From Podarcis bocagei (Eukaryota), in assembly GCA_964188305.1 (NCBI GenBank), contig OZ076887.1: DNA of 64,000 nt. One strand, 5' to 3'. Position 1 is the first letter of the stretch, and the number at the start of each line of letters is the position of its first letter. The notes below the pieces were generated by a model. The model searched no databases, had not been told where the DNA came from, and saw nothing but the letters and a program-made list of their open reading frames with translations. The position numbers and the translations under genes are program-made. Below are positions 62,380 to 64,000 of the stretch, in pieces.

Positions 62380-63240
62380 AGCAACTTCCAAACTGGACCA
62401 TTGTAAGGCGCTCTATGTGAGACAGGCCTTCAAAACTGTCCAGAACCTGCAAACAGGGCAAAATACTGTAGCCAGAGTGCTGACAGGTGGAATGGTGAAC
62501 TTGGGTACTACTATTATGGCAGCTTGTGTAAGGCACCTCCGTCACCCTCATGCTGCCTTCCCAAAGGCAAGAGGTGCGGGGGCTCTGGCAAGGTCTAGAA
62601 CCCTCCTACCTCCTTCCCAAAGCTGGGAAAGTGCTAACTAGGATTTAGGAAAGGGGGGGGGATAAGACTCTAGGACTCTCTCAGAGCCGTCACGCCTCCT
62701 TCCCAAAGCCCAATGCCTTTGAGAGGGCACCCCTCCTCAGCTCAGCACCCAGTGTGTGCACTTCTGACCCAGCCCTAAATCCTTGACAGGTGCCTGGTGA
62801 TTTGATTCCATCATATTGGTTTTCTGTTATCAGAAACTAATCACTGTGGATTAGTTTCAAGCTCGATTCAAGGTGCTAGGGTTGGTTTTAAAAACCCTTA
62901 AACAGCTTTGGACCTAGGAGCTGCCTCAACCTCAAGAGGTGAGCCTGCTTTAAAGCAGGGTCAGGACCTTCTCTGCTTTGGCACCCAATTATGTGGAATG
63001 CTTTGCCAAGTAAGATGTGCTGGGCCCCGTCATAATACTGCAGTTGCTCGCATAGCTTTTGACTGATTAATTTATTTTCTGGTAGCTTAGTACGATGGTG
63101 GTTTTGGAAACGTTAAATTAGCTTTGTGTTATATTTTCAGAGAGCATGTGCAATATTGGAATGGATACTTGTTTCACAGTGTTTTGTTATCTGCTCTGTT
63201 TGCCGCCTTGAGAAATTAAAAAAATACATAAAATAATGAA
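62380..63240 (+). mobile_element. Degraded L2-type LINE 3' fragment (interrupted)
   Basis: LDHCKALY...LQTGQNTVARVLTG resembles L2 ORF2; GCCGCCTTGAG and A-rich tail; boundaries approximate. Confidence 0.45.
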
Positions 63241-63325
63241 GAGGAAGGGCCGAGTTGGATTGTGATTGGACTTGTCCTAGATGTGGGCTCTTTAACTATC
63301 ATTAACCAAGCAACATCCCCATGTG

Positions 63326-63329
<4 letters not shown>

Positions 63330-63366
<37 letters not shown>
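63330..63366. repeat. (GA)n microsatellite
   Basis: Direct reading. Confidence 0.95.
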
Positions 63367-63370
<4 letters not shown>

Positions 63371-63400
63371 AGCCACGCACGATATCCATGCTCCTCTCAC

Positions 63401-63523
63401 CCAGTGGGTTGTAGTCCAAGTTCAACACTCGCACCTGGGAACTATGAGCCACTGCAATAGCCAGGCGCCCCCATCCTTTGGCTGTGATGCCAGGGTTAGC
63501 ACTGAGAGTCAACTCCTTCAAAC
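63401..63523 (-). CDS. LRRC73: LRRC73 coding exon (GLKELTLSANPGITAKGWGRLAIAVAHSSQVRVLNLDYNPLG)
   Basis: TTAG acceptor, G|GTGAGA donor, LRR motifs; upstream exons lie beyond the window. Confidence 0.9.
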
Positions 63524-63686
63524 CTAAGGGAAGCCAAGTGAGTTTACACAGTCACAAGATCTCACTCTTGTATTCAGGATTATATCAACTGCATATATAC
63601 TGCCCTTTCCTTCTCCCTGCAGAATCATGGGTGTGGATTAAAATCTCCACTCCGCATTTTACATTTGCTTTAAAATACTACTACTA

Positions 63687-63899
63687 CAGTCATACTTCAT
63701 GTTATGGACGCTTCAGGTTGTGTCCCGCAACGACCCGGAAGTACTGGAAAGGGTTACTTCTGGATTTCGCTGCTCATGCATGCGCACAAGTGCCAAATCG
63801 CACCGCGCACCTGCATAGATACGGCGCTTCAGGTTGCGCTCTTTTCAGGTTGTGAACAGGCCTCCAGAATGGATCCATTCGCAACCAGAGGTACCACTG
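63687..63899. mobile_element. Tc1/mariner MITE
   Basis: CAGTCATAC...GTACCACTG termini with TA TSD. Confidence 0.7.
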
Positions 63900-64000
63900 T
63901 ACTACTATTATTAATAACCCCTGAACACATTTTAACCACTCTTTTGGGCAAACTATCAGGATGGTTAAAAGGACAGATTTCTTAAGAACAAACTGTGGGA

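Overview
Vertebrate genomic DNA, most likely a squamate (lacertid-type) lizard, judging from Sauria/Squam-type SINEs and BovB, CR1, L1 and Penelope repeats. It contains the complete coding region of TJAP1 (+ strand, CpG-island promoter ~5.75-6.4 kb, coding exons 31153-46753) and the last four coding exons of the convergent LRRC73 (- strand, stop at 52453), the same gene pair seen in mammals. The main accessory elements are three. (1) A ~2.16 kb head-to-head palindrome of two Penelope-like (GIY-YIG) retroelement 3' halves sits in a (TA)n tract, each arm carrying a minimal hammerhead ribozyme. (2) A very young, apparently intact 6.5 kb Ty3/Gypsy chromovirus (52546-59091, GGTGG TSD) has a PEG10-like -1 frameshift signal, a Tf1/sushi-type self-priming PBS and an open reading frame spanning U3. 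It lies 22 nt upstream of the final LRRC73 splice acceptor, and its LTR end replaces the predicted branch point at the same position. (3) TJAP1 coding exon 1 has an in-frame 1332-nt (444 aa) alternative extension. Many MITEs, SINEs and microsatellites are also present. All calls were made by eye; no database searches were run.
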